Assembly (NCBI GenBank): GCA_046598345.1
Contig: JBKJIT010000003.1
Coordinates: 273,258 to 337,257 of the forward strand
Direction: 5' to 3'
Origin: Minisyncoccia bacterium
Lineage (GTDB): Bacteria; Patescibacteriota; Minisyncoccia; Phycocordibacterales; UBA918
DNA: 64,000 nucleotides
Part shown: positions 28,297 through 36,563 of the stretch, piece by piece
Layout of the letters: every line of letters begins with the position of its first letter
Position numbering within the stretch: position 1 is the stretch's first letter
Made by a program: the position numbers and the translations under genes
Notes under the pieces: generated by a model
Told to the model about the DNA's origin: nothing
Database searches by the model: none
What the model saw: only the letters and a program-made list of their open reading frames with translations

Positions 28297-29466
28297 TTAA
28301 GGTAAGAATTGTTTGAACCAGTTGAGGATCGTATTCCCCGTCTCCTTCGCAATTTTAATCCCGCTATCTTCTTCAGGTCCCGTGGCACCCCACATACAGA
28401 GACCATAACTCACCGCCCATGTTGCATCACGGACCTTACCGTTTTGCGCAGGATCTAGCGTAGCAATTTTTGAAGGAAGACGAAGTGCTGCTCGTGCAAA
28501 ATCTTGAACGGTAGTTATTCCAGAACCGCCACCGGTAAGGATGACTCCAGCAGGGAGAAGACCGTCGCGGTTAATCTTTTTCAAGTGCGCATCAATGAGC
28601 TCAAAGATGTCGGTAAGTCTTGCTGCAACAATCTCGTCAAGTTTTCGTTTTGAGTACGTTGTTGCAGAGATGCCACCACGTTTAATTTTTTCAGCTTCTT
28701 CAAGGGGAATCTTAAAACCAAGTGCGATGTCGTTCGTAATATCACTTGATCCAATAGGGAAGACCTTGAGCGAAATAGGGACGTTATTTTCAAACACCAC
28801 AATTGAGACAGTTTCAGCACCAATATTAGCGAGTACACACCCAGCTCGTTTCTGTGCCTTTGAAAGCATGACGAGGCTCCCAGCGAGCGGAGAGGCCATA
28901 ACATCCACGACATTGATCCCAATGCTTTCAATGGCACCGATAAGGTCGTTCAAGTGCTGTTCAAATGCAGTAATGAAAAGCACTTCCGTTTCAATTTTTA
29001 AGCCTTTGAGACCATGCGGACGCCCAAGCACCTTTTCGCCGTCTACAGAAAAGCTTAACGGAATTGCATGGATAATCTTTCGATTGGGGAGTTTATCCTC
29101 TATGTATTCTTCGCTGTGCGCTGTTGCTTTATCGATATCAACTTGCGTAATTACCGAATCGGCTCTTGAAGGCGTGGTTTCTCCCTTTGAACGTATTTCA
29201 TCGAGACCAATTCCACCAATTGAAATATACGCATTTTTGATTGAAATCCCGCTCGCTTTTTCTGCTTGGGCGACGGCGTTACGAACACTCCGAACCACAT
29301 CATTTTCGTTAATGATGTATCCATTTCGAAGACCACGACTCTCAGCGTATCCTGTACCAATAATTTGAGGCAGCACTTTCGGATCATCTTTGTAGGAATG
29401 ACGAACTACCACCACCTTTACTTGGTAGGTACCTACATCTATTCCTGTAACATAGTGATCGGCCAT
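28297..29466 (-). CDS. ftsA: Cell division protein FtsA
   Basis: GIDVGTYQVK, SRGLRNG, NIGAET, ITNDIA, ILTGGGS; upstream of ftsZ. Confidence 0.96.
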   Translation of the reverse strand: MADHYVTGIDVGTYQVKVVVVRHSYKDDPKVLPQIIGTGYAESRGLRNGYIINENDVVRSVRNAVAQAEKASGISIKNAYISIGGIGLDEIRSKGETTPSRADSVITQVDIDKATAHSEEYIEDKLPNRKIIHAIPLSFSVDGEKVLGRPHGLKGLKIETEVLFITAFEQHLNDLIGAIESIGINVVDVMASPLAGSLVMLSKAQKRAGCVLANIGAETVSIVVFENNVPISLKVFPIGSSDITNDIALGFKIPLEEAEKIKRGGISATTYSKRKLDEIVAARLTDIFELIDAHLKKINRDGLLPAGVILTGGGSGITTVQDFARAALRLPSKIATLDPAQNGKVRDATWAVSYGLCMWGATGPEEDSGIKIAKETGNTILNWFKQFLP

Positions 29467-29507
29467 ATTAAAAATTCCGAAGCGTACAATTTCCACCTCA
29501 GAGTAGA

Positions 29508-29885
29508 TTACTTGAGAGAATATTGAGAAACCAATCTTTTTTCGGCTTTCTCCATTGTATCCCCGTGTGGGTGTCCTTTCAAATGCAGTAATCCGTGGAT
29601 AAAGAGAAAACCGACATATCCCTTTGGGGTCATGCTAAATTTCTTTGCCTCGCGCTTCGCAACCGCGGGTGAAATGTAGATTTCTCCAACACCATCTTGA
29701 AGTGGAAATGAGAGGACGTTTGGTGTGTACGATTTCTGTCGGTATGTTTTGTTGAGTGCCTTGGCTCGTTTTTCGCCCACAAAGATCACGGTGAGAGCAT
29801 ATCCCTTACCAAGTACGGTATTTTTCATATCCTCGTACGGAAGTGAGGGATACGATGCACGGATTGTTTTTGTGATCGTGACCAT
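29508..29885 (-). CDS. ybeY: rRNA maturation RNase YbeY
   Basis: LNKTYR, NVLSFP, GEIYI, IHGLLHLKGHPH. Confidence 0.93.
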   Translation of the reverse strand: MVTITKTIRASYPSLPYEDMKNTVLGKGYALTVIFVGEKRAKALNKTYRQKSYTPNVLSFPLQDGVGEIYISPAVAKREAKKFSMTPKGYVGFLFIHGLLHLKGHPHGDTMEKAEKRLVSQYSLK

Positions 29886-29956
29886 TTGAGTAGTATGCCA
29901 TGCTGTACCCACTCTAGGATACAAAAATCCCCTCACAAGTCGTGAAGGGATTTTTG

Positions 29957-30199
29957 TTATCGTCGTGGCTGGCGTTCTTGGATCTTACCGAGCTTAAGAT
30001 TTGTTTCGTATTCTTTCTTTTTTCCGAGTTTCTTGAGTTTTGCGACGCGGTTCACCATATCTGATTTTTCACGCTTGTGGTACCGATTCTTTCGTATTCT
30101 GTTAACCACACCTGACCCCTGTACGCGCTTTGTAAAACGACGAATAAGGTTCGCGGTGCTCTCTTGGTTATTCTTTGAAACTTCTACGTTTGTAGCCAT
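29957..30199 (-). CDS. rpsU: 30S ribosomal protein bS21-like
   Basis: VEVSKNNQESTANLIRRFTKRVQGSG...; basic, 80 aa. Confidence 0.75.
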   Translation of the reverse strand: MATNVEVSKNNQESTANLIRRFTKRVQGSGVVNRIRKNRYHKREKSDMVNRVAKLKKLGKKKEYETNLKLGKIQERQPRR

Positions 30200-30265
30200 A
30201 TGTCGGCAGAGCATACCATGCAAGATACGGCTTTGCAACATCTGTATAGCCCCTACACCCTATAC

Positions 30266-31438
30266 TTAAATCCGCTCACTTAGATGCGCTGCAAGGGCGT
30301 GCATCGGGATGTATTCTTGGCTCTGTGCCTCCAGATCTCGAAGAATAACGGTCTTATCGACGTATTCTTTTTGGCCTAAAATTATGGCGTATCGCGCATT
30401 ATGCTTATGTGCTTCCAAAAGCTGCTCTGAAAGGGAGTCACTCATTACATTTTGAAGGACAGGAATCTTTGCATGACGGAGCTCTTGAAGAAGGAGCAGG
30501 CTTTTAATTTTTGGACCAAATCCAAGCTGCACAATAAATACTGGCTGCCCACTCTTTGTTTTTGGCTGCGGAATACTTGCAGGCGCCTTTTTATCACGAA
30601 GAACGATGACCGCTCCAGCTGCTGCAGTCTTCGTCTTGCTCATGCGAGAGATAAACGTGCTATATCTTCCGCCGCGTATGTAGAGCGGACTCCCCGCAAT
30701 AGGGGTATTTTCCTCATTTAGGAAATCAAATGCAAATAGTGCATCGGAGTAACATTCGTGGTGCCCAATGAGTCTAGAGTCCACTTCGTACGGAATTTCA
30801 CTGATATCGAGAAATTCAACAATCTCTCTAAAATGCTTACGGCTCGTGTCGGTCAGGAATTCGAGTGGGCTCGGACTTCTTCGCGCGAGTTCGTGATCTT
30901 TTTCAATGAGGTGCATGAGTGCCACCATAGGGTGCTCTTTCATGAGTTCGCGTGCTGGAATAGGCATGTCGTCAATTCGTTTGCGAAGAAAGTTCGTGAG
31001 CTCACGCATGTAGCGGAGAACCGAGTCAGAGTCTCCAAGAGAGTTAACACGCACCGCGTGTCGCGTAAAACCGAGCTCATTCAGCATCGTACGGATGGTT
31101 TGGATGAGGAGCGCTTCAGCGATGCTTTTACGTACATTAAATACCTGAAGCGTAATTGCTACTTCTCCAGTGCGTGGGACTTGCTCAGTCGTGTAAAAGA
31201 GGAGTGGTCCTGGAAATCCATGCAGTTTATGATCAAAGTACGAACTCATTCCTGCGGTGAGTAGACCATGGAGCGCGTCAGTCTTTCTATCGGCCGCTGA
31301 TTCTTTGTGTACGATTTTCTCCTTGCAATCCCGAGACTCTGGTCGTTTTTTAAGCTGTTCAATAGATGAGAATCCAAAATGATGTGCGGTATGTGTTCCT
31401 GACCGAATGAAATCTTGTGCTGAGAGAGTTGGGAACAT
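30266..31438 (-). CDS. Degenerate HisRS-like protein with anticodon-binding domain
   Basis: VRVNSLGD, RKHFREIVEFL...IPYEVDSRLIG, GGRY, C-terminal HGTP anticodon-binding domain (IILGQKE...VILRDL). The class II motif-2 FRxE is not seen. Confidence 0.75.
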   Translation of the reverse strand: MFPTLSAQDFIRSGTHTAHHFGFSSIEQLKKRPESRDCKEKIVHKESAADRKTDALHGLLTAGMSSYFDHKLHGFPGPLLFYTTEQVPRTGEVAITLQVFNVRKSIAEALLIQTIRTMLNELGFTRHAVRVNSLGDSDSVLRYMRELTNFLRKRIDDMPIPARELMKEHPMVALMHLIEKDHELARRSPSPLEFLTDTSRKHFREIVEFLDISEIPYEVDSRLIGHHECYSDALFAFDFLNEENTPIAGSPLYIRGGRYSTFISRMSKTKTAAAGAVIVLRDKKAPASIPQPKTKSGQPVFIVQLGFGPKIKSLLLLQELRHAKIPVLQNVMSDSLSEQLLEAHKHNARYAIILGQKEYVDKTVILRDLEAQSQEYIPMHALAAHLSERI

Positions 31439-31445
31439 AAATATG

Positions 31446-32096
31446 TTACTGAGAAGTAGTAAATTCGGTCTCGGTGTTGTACTTGCCCGGGAGAACATTG
31501 AGCTCATTGAACGGGTAGAGTCGAAGAAACGCGCGACCAACGATCTTGTCGCGTTGGAGAACACCCCACATGCGTGAATCCGAACTCGCATCACGATTGT
31601 CACCCATGACAAAATATTCATTCTCGCCGAGGACTTCAGTTAGTGAGGTACTTGGACTCATTCGCAAAATATATGGCTCATCGAGGGTTATTCCTTCAGT
31701 ATGTGCTGCGTTTTTAATGGTCACTGCCCTGCCTTCAATTGAAATAGTGTCACCAGGTAAGCCGATTACGCGCTTAATAAAATACTTTGAAGGGTCCTTC
31801 GGATATCTAAAAATAATCACATCGCCACGCATGGGCTCTTCAAAGTGGTAGGTAAGCTGGTCAACAATCAGATATTCTCCGGTCGAAAAGGTTGATTCCA
31901 TCGATGCACCAGAAACTATGAATGGCTGAGCAACAAACATTCGAATCGGAAGCACAATAATGAGTGCAATAAGTGAGAAGCGAATAATTTCTGCTAAAAA
32001 ACTCTCGTTATGTTCAGGGACGGGCTCCTTTTTTCGCACATATGGAGTCGGTGATGGTGACAGTGGGGATCGTGATGACTGATTGAGAGGCTCCAT
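31446..32096 (-). CDS. lepB: Signal peptidase I
   Basis: VSGASM (Ser), FIKRVIGLPGD (Lys), MGDNRDASSDSR. Confidence 0.97.
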   Translation of the reverse strand: MEPLNQSSRSPLSPSPTPYVRKKEPVPEHNESFLAEIIRFSLIALIIVLPIRMFVAQPFIVSGASMESTFSTGEYLIVDQLTYHFEEPMRGDVIIFRYPKDPSKYFIKRVIGLPGDTISIEGRAVTIKNAAHTEGITLDEPYILRMSPSTSLTEVLGENEYFVMGDNRDASSDSRMWGVLQRDKIVGRAFLRLYPFNELNVLPGKYNTETEFTTSQ

Positions 32097-32195
32097 AGAG
32101 AATTTGATGCCGGTATTATACTCGCGTACTTACTAAGTTACAACATTGTAAGGTTGTGGCATTTAAAATGAAGTAAAATAGGATAGAATACAAAA

Positions 32196-32783
32196 ATGGT
32201 TACGATCGTTGGCTTGGGAAATAAGGGTGAGGAATACGAGAACACACGCCACAACATTGGCTGGCTTGTGCTTCATGAGTTCATGCGAGCACAACACTTT
32301 CCGAGCGCGATATCAAGAAGTGCGTATGCGGGTGTAATTTCAGAAGGAACTGTTGCGGGGAGGGAAGTTCGTGTTCTGTTTCCGCACACGTTTATGAATC
32401 ACTCCGGAAGCGCCGTTAAAAAAGTACTGCAAGACGGTACTGCAATCACTGACCTCATTATTGTCCACGATGAAATCGACTTACCACTCGGCGAGGTGCG
32501 GATTTCAGTCGGGCGAGGTGCAGGAGGGCATAATGGTATCAAATCAATCATTGATACACTCGGTTCAAAAGACTTTGCGCGCGTACGGGTGGGTATCGGA
32601 GAAAAAAATATATTTGGAATACTGAAGCGCCCGCATGGAGAAGCGCTTTCCAATTTTGTTCTAGGTGTTTTCAAAAAAAGGGAAGAAGAGAAACTGCAGG
32701 AGGTGAACGAAAAGGTACATCGAGCAATTCTAGAAATAATTCAGAACGGAGTTGAAAAGGCGATGAACATCTGCAACAGCTAA
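32196..32783 (+). CDS. pth: Peptidyl-tRNA hydrolase
   Basis: VGLGN, TRHNIG, TFMNHSG, HDEIDL, GGHNGIKS. Confidence 0.97.
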   Translation: MVTIVGLGNKGEEYENTRHNIGWLVLHEFMRAQHFPSAISRSAYAGVISEGTVAGREVRVLFPHTFMNHSGSAVKKVLQDGTAITDLIIVHDEIDLPLGEVRISVGRGAGGHNGIKSIIDTLGSKDFARVRVGIGEKNIFGILKRPHGEALSNFVLGVFKKREEEKLQEVNEKVHRAILEIIQNGVEKAMNICNS

Positions 32784-32828
32784 AATAGAAAACGCCGGTC
32801 CACAAGTGGACCGGCGTTTTTCGATCAC

Positions 32829-32993
32829 TCACCCTTCATCCATCTGGGAGAAAATGTGTATCCCTTTTATGGATACTGCTCCAAGAATGATGCTTCCGAT
32901 TGCTAGCCACGGAAGTCCGAAGGGAATACCTGCTCCTGCACCAACTGCGGATACCAGAAAACAGGCGTTAAAGAACCGTTCTCGTTTGTTCAT
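32829..32993 (-). CDS. 54-aa membrane peptide (below ORF-track cutoff)
   Basis: MNKRERFFNACFLVSAVGAGAGIPFGLPWLAIGSIILGAVSIKGIHIFSQMDEG*; GAGGAGG SD; terminator at about 32789-32822. Confidence 0.65.
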   Translation of the reverse strand: MNKRERFFNACFLVSAVGAGAGIPFGLPWLAIGSIILGAVSIKGIHIFSQMDEG

Positions 32994-33088
32994 ACATCCT
33001 CCTCATTGACCGTCGCCATTCTAACAGATTCTGAGTTTAAAAAAGCGCCGGTCCCGAGGGGCCGACGCTTTGTGAGCAGAAGCGCAAT

Positions 33089-33241
33089 CTACTTTGGCAG
33101 CGTTCTTAGAGCCGAAAAGAAACTGAAGACGGTTATAGCAACCAGCAGACCTGCAGTTGTGTTGCTGGTGAGGACAATAGTTAGTCCTGCCGCTGCACTT
33201 CCGCAAAGTAATAGCGAAATTATGTACAAATTCATTTCCAT
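33089..33241 (-). CDS. About 50-aa 2-TM membrane peptide
   Basis: M(E)MNLYIISLLLCGSAAAGLTIVL...; AGGAG SD; TTGACA-17-TATGAT promoter at about 33266-33294. Confidence 0.6.
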   Translation of the reverse strand: MEMNLYIISLLLCGSAAAGLTIVLTSNTTAGLLVAITVFSFFSALRTLPK

Positions 33242-33348
33242 CTCCTGACGGTTTAAATGAATCATAATCATATCATGAAATTTTATATTGTCAAATGTCA
33301 ATATAAGTGTTGATTAGAAACGTTTAGTTTAACTCCATTCTAGTCCAT

Positions 33349-33383
33349 ACACGAAAAAGACCGCATTTGCGGTCTTTTTCGTG
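33349..33383 (-). terminator. Intrinsic terminator after rpsA
   Basis: CACGAAAAAGACCGC-ATTT-GCGGTCTTTTTCGTG. Confidence 0.85.
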
Positions 33384-33397
33384 ACTGTCCGTAGGAT

Positions 33398-34573
33398 TTA
33401 TGCCTTCTTCTGGAAGGACAATGTCATGCGCTGATCCTTCGGCTCAAAAAGCGTAATCTTGAACGTGTAGGATTGTCCAAGTGAAAGTGCGTTGCGAAGT
33501 GCGTTTTCATTCTCAAACTCTGAGATGTGAACGAGTCCAGCAACACCTTCTTCAATTGACGCGAGGGCACCATGCTTGTTGTACTTGATGATGACTCCTT
33601 GTACTTCCTGATCCTTTCGATATTTCTTTCCAGCTCCAACCCATGGGTTTTCTTTAAGCTGCTTGATAGAGAGGGAAATCTTGTCGTCCTTCACCTCAAT
33701 AACTTTTACCTTTACCTTGTCACCTACCTTGTAGAGTGCGCGTGGATCTTCAACAAGACCCCAGTCGAGCTCAGAAATATGGACGAGTCCTTCGAGTCCT
33801 TCTTCAAGTTTCACGAAGACACCGAAGTCAACTGCGCCAGTGATTGCGCCAGAAAGCTCATCACCAACAGTGTACTTGCTCACTTTTTCTTCCTTTTCTT
33901 CCTTTTCCTGTGGTCCCTTTTCAGAGAAGATAAGCTTTCCTTCTTTCTGATCAGCAGTAATGATGATCACGCTGAGAGACTTTCCGATGAGATCATTGAG
34001 AGCAGAAAGGATCTTGTCCTTATCGCCGTCCTCAACACGTGGATAGTGTTCTGATGAGAGCTGAGACGCTGGAAGGAATCCTTGGAGTCCTTGCCATTCA
34101 ATAATAAGCCCACCTTTGTTTGCTTCCTTAACGAGCAGCATCATAACGGTCTGCTTCTTCTGAGCATCTTCAGCTGCACTCCAGATGAGCGCTTGCCTAG
34201 CTTCCTTGAGGGAAAGCTCGATATAGCCATCCTCGTTTCCTGCATCAACTACCTTTGCTGCAATGGTGTCACCTACAGACACTTTGCGAAGAATATCGCG
34301 GGCATTCATGAACTCACGTCCATAAATAAGACCCGTTCCGAATGGAGTGATCTCAACGTACACACGTGCACGTCCGATCGCTGATACGATACCTTCAACT
34401 AAGTCACCTTCTGCTGGAGGTGTAGGCGAATCTGCGAGCATTTTATGCATCGCGCTTGAGGTGTTTACTTCGCTCGCTACGTCGTCTGCTTCGTCGTTTT
34501 CTTCGTCATGGCTTCGTGATCCAGTGACCACAGAAGCAATTCGATCTAGGATCGATGTTTTTTCGTCTGACAT
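33398..34573 (-). CDS. rpsA: 30S ribosomal protein S1 (4 S1 domains)
   Basis: GFLPASQL, DFGVFV..EGLVHISEL, GLVHISE. Confidence 0.93.
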   Translation of the reverse strand: MSDEKTSILDRIASVVTGSRSHDEENDEADDVASEVNTSSAMHKMLADSPTPPAEGDLVEGIVSAIGRARVYVEITPFGTGLIYGREFMNARDILRKVSVGDTIAAKVVDAGNEDGYIELSLKEARQALIWSAAEDAQKKQTVMMLLVKEANKGGLIIEWQGLQGFLPASQLSSEHYPRVEDGDKDKILSALNDLIGKSLSVIIITADQKEGKLIFSEKGPQEKEEKEEKVSKYTVGDELSGAITGAVDFGVFVKLEEGLEGLVHISELDWGLVEDPRALYKVGDKVKVKVIEVKDDKISLSIKQLKENPWVGAGKKYRKDQEVQGVIIKYNKHGALASIEEGVAGLVHISEFENENALRNALSLGQSYTFKITLFEPKDQRMTLSFQKKA

Positions 34574-34720
34574 TACTTATATTTAATCGGCGATGGGCGT
34601 CCACGTAAACCGTATCTCGCAGCCATGTGCTTGAACGTGGGTTTTACCCTCATGCCGTTAGAACTAATAAACCAAAAAATGGCAGAGGAACTATACTATA
34701 GAAATGGGAAAAATCTATGA

Positions 34721-34749
34721 TTGACTAACTATTTAATATATTGTATAAT
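34721..34749 (+). promoter_or_regulatory. Sigma70-type promoter
   Basis: TTGACT-17 bp-TATAAT. Confidence 0.8.
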
Positions 34750-34788
34750 AAACCGAGTAGTTCAAAACTGTTTTCTGAGGAGGAAACA

Positions 34789-34893
34789 ATGTCGGTCGTC
34801 TGGATCTATGCATTGGTATGTGCAATCGGGCTGATGGCTGTATTTGGGTTGGTCATCAGGTTGATAAACCAACAGGAAGAGAGGAAGAAATAA
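34789..34893 (+). CDS. 34-aa single-TM peptide (below ORF-track cutoff)
   Basis: MSVVWIYALVCAIGLMAVFGLVIRLINQQEERKK*; GAGGAGG SD; TAATG overlap with the next gene. Confidence 0.7.
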   Translation: MSVVWIYALVCAIGLMAVFGLVIRLINQQEERKK

Positions 34894-35288
34894 TGAAGCA
34901 GAAGCACCGACTGTATTTTGTACTCACCGCGTTCAATCGGGATGTGAGCCAGGAGGAATTCCGGCAAGCAGCGATTGATGTCATGAGTTTTGTCGCTAAC
35001 ACCGACAGGGGAGCCATGTTTGCACTAGGGGGCATCACAGGCAGATACCTGCTCATTTGCGCTCTGATTGACGTGGCCAAAGTGGAGTTTGTGCAGAGCA
35101 AAACGATGCGTTTCGGCCGCGCAGTTCACGATGTGTGTGACTGTGAAGTGAGCGTTGTTCCGCCTACAGCGAAAAATCCACAACATCAGCCGGTCATTGC
35201 ACGGATCTTGGGAGCAAACCAGGAGTTGTTCAAAATCTGGTACCTCATTGATTTACAGCAAATGATAGGGGAATGGTACTCGTTTTGA
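34893..35288 (+). CDS. Hypothetical protein
   Basis: Translationally coupled start (TAATG); 131 aa. Confidence 0.6.
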   Translation: MKQKHRLYFVLTAFNRDVSQEEFRQAAIDVMSFVANTDRGAMFALGGITGRYLLICALIDVAKVEFVQSKTMRFGRAVHDVCDCEVSVVPPTAKNPQHQPVIARILGANQELFKIWYLIDLQQMIGEWYSF

Positions 35289-35370
35289 AGTGACATTCCA
35301 CATTTCAAAGGCATCTACGGGTGCCTTTTGTTTTGCATAAATGAAGCAGTATCGGTACTATAGGAACACT

Positions 35371-35991
35371 ATGGTAATCACACATCACGGCGGGCAGTGT
35401 TTTAAAGTTTCTTTTGGAGACACAACGATCGTTTTTGATCCTATTTCCAAAAAGTCGGAACTCACCCCTGTAAAATTTGGTGCAGACGCAGCGTTCATTT
35501 CACTCCATCATCCTGATATGAATGGCGCAGAGGAAGTTACCTTCGGTTCAAAACAACCGTTTGTCGTCGATGGTCCTGGTGAATATGAGATCGGTGCTGT
35601 AACCGCGCGAGGCTTTGGCGTTAAGACCACATACGAAAACATCGAACGATTCAATACGATCTACCAAGTGAAGCTTGAAGAAATCAATATGGTTTTCTTG
35701 GGGGCTATCGGAGCGGAAATCATTGACCCTCAGATTCTCGCAGAATTTGGTGATATTGATATTCTATTTGTGCCAATTGGAGGAGGGGATGTTCTCGATG
35801 TACCCGCAGCCTCAAAGCTGGCAACGAAACTTGAGGCCCACTGTATTATTCCGATGCACTACTCGAGCACGTCTCTTAAAGCATTTCTCCAAGAAACAGG
35901 AACTGAAAATGGTAAGGCGCTCGATAAATTCACCATAAAGAAAAAGGATCTTATTACGATGGAATCAGAGGTCGTGGTACTCAGTGCATAG
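35371..35991 (+). CDS. MBL-fold metallo-hydrolase
   Basis: SLHHPDMN, DGPGEYEI, DILFVPIGG, IIPMHY. Confidence 0.85.
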   Translation: MVITHHGGQCFKVSFGDTTIVFDPISKKSELTPVKFGADAAFISLHHPDMNGAEEVTFGSKQPFVVDGPGEYEIGAVTARGFGVKTTYENIERFNTIYQVKLEEINMVFLGAIGAEIIDPQILAEFGDIDILFVPIGGGDVLDVPAASKLATKLEAHCIIPMHYSSTSLKAFLQETGTENGKALDKFTIKKKDLITMESEVVVLSA

Positions 35992-36056
35992 CGTCGTTTG
36001 AATCAATGTGTAGAGGCTATATTTGATCCTCTTTCTCATGCGCTATACTAGAGTGT

Positions 36057-36500
36057 ATGGAATTCCTCGAACGCATACGTCGAAAACCCGATCAGGTTAA
36101 AGCCAGGTATGCTTTTGGCGGAGCACTGGGTGCAACACTCCTTGTGGGACTCGTGTGGTCACTTTCACTCCCCGCACGTTTTGCTGAAATAGGGGATGCT
36201 GAAATTCCGTTTGCCGCTTCTGCGGAATCAATCACCGATATTATCGAGGACACCAAAACACAGATGGGGAATGCAATAGAAAGTACTGACCCATATGGTG
36301 AACTCAATACTTCTAGTGTTAATTCCACTGATCGAGCAACGCTTGAGGTACGCCCCCTTACACAAGATCAGTCTCTTGGGGCAGTCACTACACCCACTCC
36401 TCAAGCGCCCATAAAAGAGGAAGAAACGGATGGAGAAACCCGCTCTGGACCTTCAAATTTTATTTTTAAATCAACAACCACTTCGACAGGAACACCATAG
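36057..36500 (+). CDS. Hypothetical membrane-anchored protein
   Basis: LERIRRKP N-terminus, one TM, low-complexity tail. Confidence 0.7.
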   Translation: MEFLERIRRKPDQVKARYAFGGALGATLLVGLVWSLSLPARFAEIGDAEIPFAASAESITDIIEDTKTQMGNAIESTDPYGELNTSSVNSTDRATLEVRPLTQDQSLGAVTTPTPQAPIKEEETDGETRSGPSNFIFKSTTTSTGTP

Positions 36501-36563
36501 ACTTCACTATGTAGATACTTTATAATGCGCCTGATTTACGTAATACTAACCACGATCTAGCCT

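Noticed and set aside
28541-29368. 275-aa plus-strand ORF antisense to ftsA (and similar antisense ORFs in gyrA, clpB and valS)
   Set aside because: These are in-register antisense shadows of conserved genes with no independent signals.
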